Source of the DNA: the human T2T-CHM13v2.0 reference genome, Homo sapiens
DNA length: 64,000 bases
Direction: 5' to 3' (one strand)
Assembly: GCF_009914755.1 (NCBI RefSeq)
Contig: NC_060934.1
Each line of letters begins with the position of its first letter. Within the stretch, counting starts at the first letter, position 1. Below are positions 14,414 to 26,452 of this stretch, piece after piece. A program made the position numbers and the translations under genes. The notes beneath the pieces were generated by a model, which saw nothing but the letters and a program-made list of their open reading frames with translations, did not search any database and was not told the origin of the DNA.

Positions 14414-14859
14414 CCTTACCTAGTAGCCAAATCGGAAAATGTTTTGACATGCTAAACGGATCATTTGATTGCTCAACAAATGCTTTCTGTAATCAATCAA
14501 TAATCAATCAATATTTGTGTGCAGTGGTTACCACCTTGAATTACATTAACAAGTTAGTTTTTAGATCTGTCTTCAAGTGAATCTGTGGTACATTCTAACT
14601 TTACTTAGGTCTGCTGGAGTTTTTGTGGGGGAGTGGGGAGTGGGTAATAATGGAAGGCCTACCTTTTTCTCGTTGTAATTCAAGGGCAATATTCCGGGTT
14701 AGGAATTCCATCTCTATGAGCAGGTGTTGACATTGTTTCTTTGACTGGCAACTTGGCAACTGTATTGGGCTTTCCTTGAAAACTCAGATTTCCCTCTTAA
14801 AAACAGATGAGGAGTCCTGTTTGTAAGCACACAAAAACCAGAACAATCTAAAGCTGCCA

Positions 14860-15997
14860 TTCAAAGAAAAACAAAACCAAAAAAGACTGTAAGATCAATG
14901 TTTCAGGTGTGATTCCCTGGTCTATGATATGGAGACTATCTGAGCCACAGATTTTTCCTTTGGGTATTCCTTTGTCCCTGTGGGTGTGAGCCCTGTGTGC
15001 TAACAAAGGCCGACTGGAAATTAAAAGAAGAACATGACACAGCTTTGAAAATCTCATCTCCCATGGCAGTATAGGAGTTAAAGCTCTTTTTTTCCCCCTA
15101 CTGTATGTACCAAATTTGGTCTGTGATTCCTTTGAATGGTATGAAAAGCAGCTGGCTGGGTGTGAGTCTCCTTCCTCTCTTCCTTTCTCACTTTAAAATA
15201 TGCCTGGCAGAGATCCAACATTCCCCTTCCTCTGGCTTTAATCCGTTTTACCCTCCTGTTCAGCTGACCAAGATTCCAAATGAAAAAAGCATTCCTTCCC
15301 AATTGTTAGGAGAGCCTTAGAACCAGCAGAAAATGTCAGACACATACGTGGACCCCAAATAATGCACTGGGTCTTTTGCATATATGTAGCAGGTTTTGTA
15401 GCTGTCTCTTTAGAGGCCCTTCAGAATTTTTTCTTTTTTAGCTTATCAAATGTCCCATAATAGCAATTCCTAAGTCATCGATGAAGGACCAAAACACATA
15501 TCTTTGTTCATAGACTTTTCATTGTACCAGGTTTTGTGAGCAAAACACGAAAGCACTTGAAATCCCATTAAAGTTACATTCATTTATCTAAAAAAGAGAA
15601 AGAAAAAAGCCATCTTTGAAAGTTTGTCTCTATAGACATCATTAAAGTGAGGATATGTACAAAACACATTTTATGTAACTCAAGATTAATGGCTAACTAT
15701 TCAGGTGCAGATTTTTTACAGTGGGAGCTGATGCTTGGGAAAAACAAACAAACAAACAAAATAAGAAAACATAGCCGCTACATTAACTGCCAAGTCACTG
15801 TGCATAAAATAAATATAATACAGACATGCCCCCATGTTTTACAAAACATCAGTTTCAATGCTTCTCAACACATCAATATTACCAACACTTAAAAATGCGT
15901 TCAACTAGCCAATCTTAGGACGAGAAGACCGTATGGAATTCCCTAATTTTCCATATTTGAAGAAATAGGCATATTTTGATCCTATCACTGCTTTGTT
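14860..15997. promoter_or_regulatory. Candidate enhancer, TCF/LEF-SOX motif cluster
   Basis: Seven CTTTGWW matches (14860, 15002, 15043, 15130, 15502, 15614, 15991) in repeat-free sequence. Confidence 0.35.
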
Positions 15998-16188
15998 CAA
16001 AAAGCAACCTCCAAAGGGCCTTTTTATGTTTGGCTTTTAACAACTAAAACAATATAAAGCTTGAAGAACAAATAAATTTATTTTGATGCCTAGTCAATAA
16101 CGTCAGAGGTACCATTACCAACCTCCATAAATAAAAAATAATCACCACAGTGATGCTGGTAATTTTTATTTAAAAGTCCATTTAGCAG

Positions 16189-16390
16189 AGGGTTGCCAGA
16201 TTTAGAAAATAAAAACAGAGGAACCCAAAGTTGAATTTCAGATAAAAAGACAATGTTTTCTTTTTTTTGTTTTTTTTGGTATAAGTATATCCCATGCAAT
16301 GGTTAGGGCCATACTTATACTAAAAAATTATTTGTCGTTTCTCTGAAATCTGATGCACACGGGGTGTGCTGTATTTTATCTTGGAACCCT
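16189..16390. mobile_element. MER53 palindromic hAT MITE
   Basis: AGGGTTGCCAGAT...AACCCT ends with central TATAAGTAT...ATACTTATA inverted repeat. Confidence 0.9.
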
Positions 16391-16409
16391 TGACTATCAT
16401 TGTTGCCAC

Positions 16410-17470
16410 GCTGTGGTTTGCTATGAAAAGCATGGAAAGCTGGGTCCTATTTCCAGGGTCCAGAGCAAGTGCTGGGGTTTTTTAGCTCGCTCCATCTGCC
16501 AACCTTAAAATTTTGGCACGTTAACAAGATCGGGAAATCTTCTGCAGCAGGAGAATGAATTTCCAATTAGTCATTTCACCTTCTTAAGAGGAGAGAGAGA
16601 GCTTACTCACCTGAGAAGAAGGCAAGAGCCGGCAAAAATAACAAGAGAAAAAAAACTAGGATAACCAGAAAGGGAAAGAATTTAAACCAGGAAGTAACAG
16701 AATTAGGAATAAATAAGTTTAAAGCAAGCCGCTCCAAAACAATAACAAAAACAAAAAATGTTTAGGATAATCAGATCCTTAGGAAGAAAACTGCAGTTTA
16801 TAAGAAATGGAGACACCCAAAGAAAGACGAATGAAAAAATGACAAAGAAAATTTTGTATTTCTTTCGTAACAAACCAGTTTTTTTTTAAAGCCCCTATCA
16901 GGAAATTAGACATTTTGTGGGGCAGCAACTTACTAAGACACCACACCTGTCTTTCCGGAGCCTTATTAAATGGTTGGCTTTACTTACAATTGATGGTGAA
17001 TGCCTTTCCCTTGTTTGGCTTACTCGTGCCACGAGGCCCATCCTACTCTTCTGCTGAAATAAGATGAGCTTCCACGGATTTTCACCTTTGGTGCTAATGA
17101 TATTATCCTCAACCACATGAAAGCCCACCTGGAATGCTGTATAACCAGGAGAGATGTTCTCCTGACCTTCTATATCCGCATTTCCCAGGGCGCTCTCTGC
17201 CAAGGTCTGAAAGAAATGCAGATTCCTTGCCTCCTAGTGTTGCCTCTTGACTGACACTCCACATTTTCCCACACTTCCCTCATGACTCTAACCCCAATAC
17301 TTGCGGAAACCACAGGCTCAGAGGGTTGGGTTTGCTTGGATGGAGGAGGTACAAACAGTGGGCTTTATTTTTGTTTGGAATTGGGTTGTGGTTTTGGCTT
17401 CTCCACCGAAGAAACCAAAGGAAGGGGGAGGGAGATCACAGAAATGTTAGCTCTATGAAAAGGAAAGTGA
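16410..17470. promoter_or_regulatory. Candidate enhancer, RUNX/ETS motif cluster
   Basis: TGTGGTT/AACCACA at 16412, 17111, 17308, 17387; CAGGAAGT at 16688; GGAAACCACA composite at 17305. Confidence 0.35.
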
Positions 17471-18264
17471 CGAGACTTGTTGCTGGTACTATCAGGACAA
17501 TCACGAATGTTGCATTATATGGATTCAACTTTTTTTTTTTTTTTTTAACAGGGAACTCTCAGGAGAGGTGACTCTTTAAGAATCATTATGAATGCCAAAA
17601 AAAATTTTTTTTTTATGTAAAGGGGTAAATGTATCAAAATTGTGAAAAAGAAGACAAAGAGAATGAACTCTTACAATTTATAGAGTGACATGACGGAAAA
17701 CTAATTTGGGGCTGAAGTTTATTAAGGCTGAACCTAACTCATTTTTATAAATAGAAAATTTACTGTTGCCTTTCTGTGTTACAGATAAATAGTTGGCCCA
17801 GTTTTGAACAAGGCAACATTTCTGTTTGTTTGTGTTTAGGAAGCACCCTCATTGTTGAAGATGAATTAATTGTCTTGATGGCCTATTTCTTAGTAGGAAA
17901 CAGATCTATTAGGTGTGATCCATTGAAATCAGGAATGAAATACTTAGGGAAAAGGAAAAAGAAATTTGCAGTATGTGATAGCATGGAATTAATTTCCAGT
18001 ATATGTAAACATAAACACACACACACTTGGACTTTGAAATTAAGAAAAAGAAAGGCAAAATATTCTGCCCTTCTTGGACTCAATGCATCCTTTAAAAGAT
18101 AATTTCTCTCCTTCCTCTCTAAATACTTTTGGGAAGTGGGTTTCAAACGTTATCCTCCTAAACTCTAGGGTTTCTCTATAGGGTCTTAGGAGTGAATCGG
18201 TGAGACTCAGGGATTCCTCTTACCCATCCCTATCCTGATCCTAACCCCAACCCCATCCCCACCC

Positions 18265-18385
18265 CAGTGTCTGGGCGTAACAATAATTGTTATATTTTAG
18301 TTGTTCCCCGCAGTTGCCTTCTACCAAAGACCACTGAAGCTGATTTTCCGTTTATGGAAATGACTTTAAAAATCCCTTTTGAAAA
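18265..18385 (+). repeat. 121-bp dispersed direct repeat, copy 1
   Basis: Ungapped alignment to 19728-19848, 111/121 identical. Confidence 0.95.
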
Positions 18386-18479
18386 GCCCCCAAGCAGATG
18401 GAAGAAGTGCTGTGTGGCGGTTACTCGCCAGGTCCACAGGCATCGCTTCTAAGTTCAGTGCCCTGAGAGCTCAGACCAG

Positions 18480-18635
18480 TTCCTTAATTTCTCCACACCC
18501 AAATGTCTTCATTTGCATTAACAAATGGGGAGTACAACTCATAACTTACCTCATAAACAAGTTGGTTATGAGGAGTGAATGAATCAACACACCTAATGAA
18601 ATTAGAACCGTTCCTAGTACCTAGTAATACACTTC
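18480..18635 (+). mobile_element. MIR fragment
   Basis: AAATGGGG...ACCTCATA...GGTTATGAGGAGTGAATGA core. Confidence 0.6.
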
Positions 18636-19727
18636 AGCTACTACTGTATCTGTTTCTGTACTTGGGCTTGGTACAAGATTTTATTTGAAGGAACATTCTA
18701 CTGACTACCTTTAAAAAGTTTTTGAAAAGACAGCTGCTTTAAAATGGTATTTCATAATTTACAAAAATGGGTTTGTCCTTTTGTCCTTTGGCCAAAAGCC
18801 AAATCCCACCCTTTTCCTCCATTAACCCTGAACTCTAAGTGTTAAGAACTCATTTCCCTCCCTTCCCCAGACCTGAATCTCCCTGGTGCCGTGGGCTAAG
18901 GATGAGGATGATGTCATTATAGTTGCGGACACTATTTCATTATAATCTTTTGCTACTCTCTTGCTAACTTTCTAAAGGGAAAAACATTTCATTAATTATC
19001 AAAGCACCCGGAACCCTTTGGAGGTACACTCCGTATAAAAGCTATTATTATCACCCACATTTGGTGAAGTACTTGGGGATTAAAAGTGTTATGTAAATGT
19101 TTGCACATGATTACGCTGTGGTCTGAGATTCACAGTGGGATAACACAGCCCAGGAAGAAGCTTGAAGTCCCAGAAAGGCAATGATTTTTGTACGAGGTAT
19201 GAAATTCTCTTTTAATTTTAGTCTAGAGACAGTTGCACTTCTGAAGAAAGTCATTCACAGCCATTAGGGAAAGTATCCATGACTGCTAAAGAGAAAACAA
19301 ATCTAAACAGAGGGTTAGCTGCATATGTTAAGATCCACGGGTCCATGGAGAACAGGCTGGTAAGAAAGGGATTTACAATGCTGGGATAGGCGTTTGGAGT
19401 GGCAAAAACTTCCTGACAGTAAAAGTAGCCTGCTTCCAAAACCTGTGGGAGCATCTTCCCCCCAGGAAAGAACAGAGATTCTCTTTCTTAGAAGGCTCTG
19501 CTTGAAGGGAAGAAGTTGGGACCCTTCCTCCGGGCTGATGCTTTCAAGTAACAAGGACATGACAAAGCACTGAATCACAATATGTTTTCTTTCAGTCTTC
19601 CCTCTTCCTTCTCAGGGAAGTCTCTGGCTGGTGCAGGTATGTTCTTAACACTCTTAACATTGCGTAAACTCTCTTTGCAACAAAGAGAAAAAAAAAAAAG
19701 ACCTAAATCAGAGCCTTTAGCTGGTCT

Positions 19728-19848
19728 CAGTGTCTGGGCATAATAATAATTGTTTTATTTTAGTTATTCCCTGCATTTGCCTTCTACCAAAGACCAGTGA
19801 AGCTGATTTTCCATTTATGGGAATGACTTTAAAAATCCCTTTTAAAAA
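19728..19848 (+). repeat. 121-bp dispersed direct repeat, copy 2
   Basis: Ungapped alignment to 18265-18385, offset 1463 bp. Confidence 0.95.
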
Positions 19849-20819
19849 TAAGCGTAAGAAAAAGAGGAATTTAATATAAAGAAAGACTATCAAGTAAAGC
19901 TCATGTTGCAGGCAGCTGCAGCAGAAATCTTGACGGGCTGGCCAGCCATGGTCCGGAAGCCACTGGACCAGATGATTTCAAGGTCGGCTACTTCCAGGAT
20001 CCTGAGGGCAGGAGGAAGAGCTTCAGCTGCGGAGGTCTTAGTTCAAACCAGGACCCTCCAAGCATAGAAGCCTCTGCTTAAGAGGCAGTGCTTATGAAAA
20101 TAAGAAATCAGTACAGTCCCGAAGAACCCATACGGGGCGAAGGGATAAGGAGACAAACTATGAACAAACAGTACAGGAAAACAATACTGCCTGGATATCT
20201 TAAAACATCTCTCATGCACAATTTCAAACGAGTATTGGAAGGATGTTTGGTTTTCAGTAAATGACAAGATACACAAGGTGGGGGGCGAGTAGGGGGTAGC
20301 CTATACCCTTTTCTCTTTATGTTTAAAGAGATTCTGCATTTCCTCCTTCATGTTATTTAAAAACACAAGAAAGCCAGCAAAGGGTGGGGGAGCAGTGTAG
20401 CAAAAAATCCCTGCCAGAAAACACACAGTAAAGTCTAGCTTGTTTGCAGTCCTGTTCCAAATTATTTTTAAAAAACAAATCCCAGCAGTAAAGTAGTTAC
20501 AGCCTCTGAGGGTAGCTCTAAGCCCAGTGTCAGAGTCCCAGAGCCTAAGCCACGAAAAAAGGAGGAAAGAAACCTAACCAGTCTCCTGCCAGGAATAAGA
20601 AAAGCAAAATCTCCGAGGCAGGAGAAATACCCCCAAGGAGGGGAAGGCTGCAGCTTGCAGTAATCTGCGAATGATTGCTGGTAAAGTCCAGAGGCTTCAG
20701 GCTTGATCTGTGTTTGTTCCCAAAGAAAGCCAAGGAGGACGGTGTTAATAAAGAGAGATTTAAGTGAGAGCTGTGCTTGGAATAAAGTGGGCTACAAAAA
20801 GGTCAAATTTGATCAGTTG

Positions 20820-21180
20820 GAGCAGATTACCGGGGCTTTAAAAGGTGGTGTGGAGCTGGGAGCCGGGTGTGGGACGGAGGAGAGCGCAGGATTGATTTGC
20901 GGGGTGGAGAGAAGTCAGGAAAAGTGCGTGTCAGCCCGGGAAGGAGGGAGCCGCGGGGCGCCAGGGCCCGGCCTGGGTCCAGAATCCTCCGTCTGTTCCC
21001 CAGCACCCCATCCCCGCCTCCTCCTCTCCGGACTCGCCCTCAGCCGGCTCCTAGACAATGGTTTCCTTGGTCTCTGACTTGGATCCTCTGAAAAACTGGA
21101 AAGTTTTAAGGTAGGCCTGCTTTGCTTTCTCTTGCATCCTGGTTTGAGTTCATAGCCAAGGCCCTGCTCCCGCCCCACAC
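20820..21180. promoter_or_regulatory. Small CpG-rich promoter/enhancer-like element
   Basis: 16 CpG in 20831-21046 outside any recognisable repeat; SP/KLF boxes (GGGTGTGGG 20865, CCCCGCCTCC 21012, CCCGCCCCAC 21169); TTTAAAA at 20837; donor AAG|GTAGGC at 21110/21111. Confidence 0.55.
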
Positions 21181-21472
21181 CTGTGCAGAAGTGGTTGGGG
21201 TTGCTTGAAATGCACCTTGTGGGGTTCAGGGATGCGCAGATCTGCTAGTGGGAAGACTGTTCGGAGGCAGAGGTGTAAGGAGTGGCCTGTGAACGTGAGG
21301 TCCTCCAATTTCACCCCAGGGGGGAGGTCGGGAAGCCTTGGCAATGAGGGAGGACAGTCTTATTTAAATGACACCAGCTGACTCGCTGGAAGGAATCCTC
21401 ATATTGAATTTTTGGGCTTCAGGGGGGCATTAAAGGTGTGAGGTGGAATGTGGTCAACTTTCTGGGACTTCA

Positions 21473-21829
<357 letters not shown>

Positions 21830-22629
21830 TTATTAGGGCCCTTGAAGGGTCAAGGGAAACTTGGTTTCCTCCTCTGACCTCTCCCCTACCCCCACCCCCA
21901 CCCCCAGGCCTCAGCTTATGGTGAAACTGAATGGGCAGAATGTATGACATAAAGTCTTTCTCTGAATGCTCCTAAAAAAGTGCACTCTGACCTCCTCATC
22001 TCTCAGAGGCCCAGAAAAATTAGAACACAAGGAGCTAGAAAGGGCAGAGTTCATGCATCCTGTCTAAGCTGACTACCTTGGCAGAGTTAATTCTTGGGCT
22101 TCACTGACTGTAAATGGTATTTCCTAGCAAATGCGTTTTTGGCAATTTTTGAAATATGAAAATGTTCAATTGAGGGATTTTTGTTAAAAGTGGTTCTGCA
22201 CAGTGTCATGTCTTCCAAATACCTTCCCCAAAACATGGCTTCATAGGAGCTAGACCAGAACCCAAACAGGAAATACAAATGAGGAGAAATGTGCGGACGT
22301 TACTGGAACTTCTTTTTCCTGACATTTGTGTTGTATTAATTTGCTAAGTTTTTATTTCCTATTCATGACTCTGTCTTCATGTTTGTCTGATTTTGTTATT
22401 TTTAAGAACAAGATTATAGAAAAGAGCAAATTTAAAAATTGCCAATACCCATCTTAATTATTTTCTTTTTAAAAAGTACTGCATGTCATATTCTAGAACT
22501 TTCCACGGATGCTTTTTGCACATCAGGTAGTATGTGCTATTTTATAATCTGCTGTTTCCAGCTAACATATCAAACGTGTTTTCATGTTTCTGCCTAACTT
22601 TCATAACCGCCATTTTAATGGCTAAATAA

Positions 22630-22892
<263 letters not shown>

Positions 22893-24411
22893 TCTTTGTT
22901 GAAAATTTAGATTGTTTCCACTCCTTAATTTGTACTAACAACAACATAATGAACATCTTTGTGTACCTGGCTTTTTACTTTCGTTAAATAATTACCAGGA
23001 TTTCTTGATGAAAGCTACATTTTCATGAGTCCTTCAGTGATTTTTTTTCTGTTGCATGTTTAAACTTTATTTTTAACTATCGAAAAATGGTAAAGTGCTT
23101 CTTTAAATGTTCTTAGGATACATCTATTAGAATAAATGATGCTTTCCTTTTTTTTTAAACTGGATTACTAACCTGTCTCTAAAACTGAAACACTTCCTAC
23201 AAGTGCTTTCAAACAATTTTTCTCAGGCGATTAACTTACTATTATTACATCAGTGGATAAGGCAGGCTGTAGCTCTAAGAATGTATATGACTACGGTTAT
23301 AGATTTTGAAACATGTATCGCCCCCAAAGGCATTTTTAGATAATGATCTCAAGTCTTAACCCGTTTTTAAAAAAAAAACAGTGAGAATGTTGTTTTTCCC
23401 CTAAACATGCCCCAAATTTAAGTGAAGCTTAGTTTTGCTAGAGTAAGTGAAGTTTCAGAAACTTGGACTGGCAAGACCTGGGAAAGAGAAACATTTTTAC
23501 ATTGACTCCTTTGGCTACACCAAGTTCATTCTGTCCACACCTCTTCTTGGCAAGCATTATTCCACTGGCTTTTTAACTGTGTGTAATCCTTTTCTGAGGT
23601 CAGGAACCATAAAGGGATAGAGTTTATAAATTGCATTTTAAATTCCTTAATTGTTTACAACAAGGCATCCTTTTGGCTAATTTTGCTTCATTTAACGGTT
23701 TACTTGCCACCAATAAGTCTCTGCCTATAATATGTGGAAGAAGCAAAGATAAAACACAGCCTGATAAATGGGTGATCTAGCAGGAGAATGAGGTGTGTAC
23801 TCTAACGCCACATAGCACGGTTGTTAGCAGGGTTGTCTGTGATCTGAGTTATGTCAATAAAATGCTTTAGAAATCCAGAGAATGGCGTGAGAGGCCCCAT
23901 TCTGGTAAAGAGAAAGAGCAGTTACTGTCCTCATCTGATTAACAAATGAGTAGAACATTTGATATGTAAAGCATATTACAAGGCAAAAAGGCCTTTAAAC
24001 CCACGTAACCTGGAAGATCCTCATGTGTTTGGTCCAGGAGCTCAGTCTAGAGTTCTGCCAAACCTGTTGCTCCTAAAAAGTCATCAAAAGGCACAATTTT
24101 AAAACCTGCTTATGCCACAATATAGTGTTTTAGGAGATGATCTGTTTGCAGTGCACAATTTCAGGTTATAAGCCTTTCTCAAGAACTGTCTATTTGAAAT
24201 CGCTCCATCCTTGTTCCATTTTGTTACATGGAGAAACCAGGGGTGGTCGTAGTGCTACTGCCTGTGTTTTAATGACTGTCTACCCCAAGGGACATAAAAG
24301 AAACCTAATTTTCACCAAAAGACATGCCAATAATTTTCAACATTCTCCCATTTGACTCCTCGGAAAGTACAAACACTCCAGCTGCATTCAAAGAAAAAAA
24401 TTCAAAAGCTA

Positions 24412-24869
<458 letters not shown>

Positions 24870-25099
24870 TTAAGCAGGGAATGGGACCCAGAATATCTGG
24901 TGTCTCCTTTACCCATGCATAAGCCCTAAGTCACCTCTGGGGAAGGATTAAAAACCCCAAATCAAGTTTAACTCTCCCATTTAGAGACAAGGGAATAGAT
25001 GAATTGACTAAAGGAAGTCATAGAACTCATTAGCACTGCAAGCTGTTGCCAATTCCTCTTCCAACTCCATCCTCTCTCCTGAGGAATGTCCTTCCCCAC

Positions 25100-26135
25100 C
25101 TCCACTTCTGTCTCCCTTTCTCCTTCAGCTTTCAGACAGCTCAGTCCAATTGCATGCCTTAAAGATGTCAAAAGCTCAACAGGTTATAAACTCTATCTAT
25201 AATGTCCCCCCAAGAACTCACTGGTTTCCAGCTCTAGTAGGTTCATGAGTCACAGTGATCTAGCCAGGTACTCAAACTGGAAAGTTAGGCAGTCTCCCTA
25301 ATCCCCCATTTTCCGTCTTAATTTATATCCAAACTATTGCCAGCTCCTACTGAGTTTGACTCCTAAGCACCTAGTGACTCTGTCCACTTTTTTCCACCTT
25401 CCATTGATAACATCTCATTTTGCTAAGAATGCTACCTCCTAACAAGACTCCCTGCTTCACTCTTGCTCTCTTAAACAATTTTGCACATAGAGGAATGAAA
25501 GCATTACAAACGCCATAAATCAGATTCTGTGACTTCCCTACTAAAACTTGCCCTTTACTCTTAGAGTCAAAGCCAGTATCCTTATTTTAACCTGCAAGGC
25601 CCCATCTGGCCTGACCCTTATGAACCTCTCTGCCTAAATCTCCTCCCTCTCTCCCCACAGCTCACATTGCTCCAGCCCTGCTGGTCTTTCTCTTTCTCAG
25701 TTATGCAGCCAGGCTATTTTGGCTTGATTTTCATTAGCTACTCCCTCTCCCTGCCTGGCAATCTTTCCTTAGCTATTGGCAGGGTAGAGGCTGCTCCTCA
25801 TTCAAGCCTTAGCTCCCATGTCATCTCCTCAGTTAGCCCTTCCCTGACCTCCCAGTTTAAAGCCAAAAGTCAACCTCTAGCACATCTCCCTGATGGACTG
25901 AATCATAGGCAACAGCCAGTACTCAACTATATTGACTTATAAAAATGTTCACTTCGTATGGTTCAGCTAATATTCTCATCACAGCATTGCCAGTATCTGC
26001 CATCTGCATATGTATTTGTTTACTGATTATCTCTCTCCCCTATTAGAATGCACTGTTTGTGTATTTAACTGTTACATACCCAATATCTAAAAGATTTCCT
26101 AGCACACGACAATGAATGAATGAATGAATGAGTGA
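25100..26135 (+). mobile_element. L2 LINE 3' portion
   Basis: L2-like pyrimidine-rich motifs ending in (AATG)n tail at 26111-26130; a second L2-like tail near 26255. Confidence 0.75.
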
Positions 26136-26452
26136 AGGAGTCACTCTTTGTCTCTCTTATCCTACTTTATACTCACTCCATGGGGCCAGGGGCTTTGTAT
26201 ATGTCATTCACATCCCACCCCTAGTATTTAGCACTGTGATATTGTGTTATGTGGAATGAATGAATTGACTGATGAATTAATGACTCCTAACACCTAGTTG
26301 AGTAATTCTATCTTCAGTTGCTTTTTTCTGTGCCAATCAGAAAAGTGTCTAATATGGTAATGTAGAAAATTCTAAAATCCTCTCTGAGAATCTGATCTAT
26401 ATGTAGTGTTGAGGTGGAATTTATTCTTTCTAAACAAGAGAATGATCTGGAA

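Noticed and set aside
14163-14450. E/R/G-rich and P/S/L-rich ORFs
   Set aside because: Translations of the stop-free polypurine repeat.
15145-15159. 15-mer AAAGCAGCTGGCTGG repeated exactly 30000 bp away (45145-45159)
   Set aside because: One or two 15-mer matches are expected by chance in 64 kb and the flanks do not align.
15439-15452. TAGCTTATCA resembling the start of miR-21
   Set aside because: The match stops after 10 nt and there is no hairpin.
20703-21178. Overlapping ORFs across the CpG-rich element
   Set aside because: GC-rich DNA is stop-poor; non-ATG starts and no recognisable domain.
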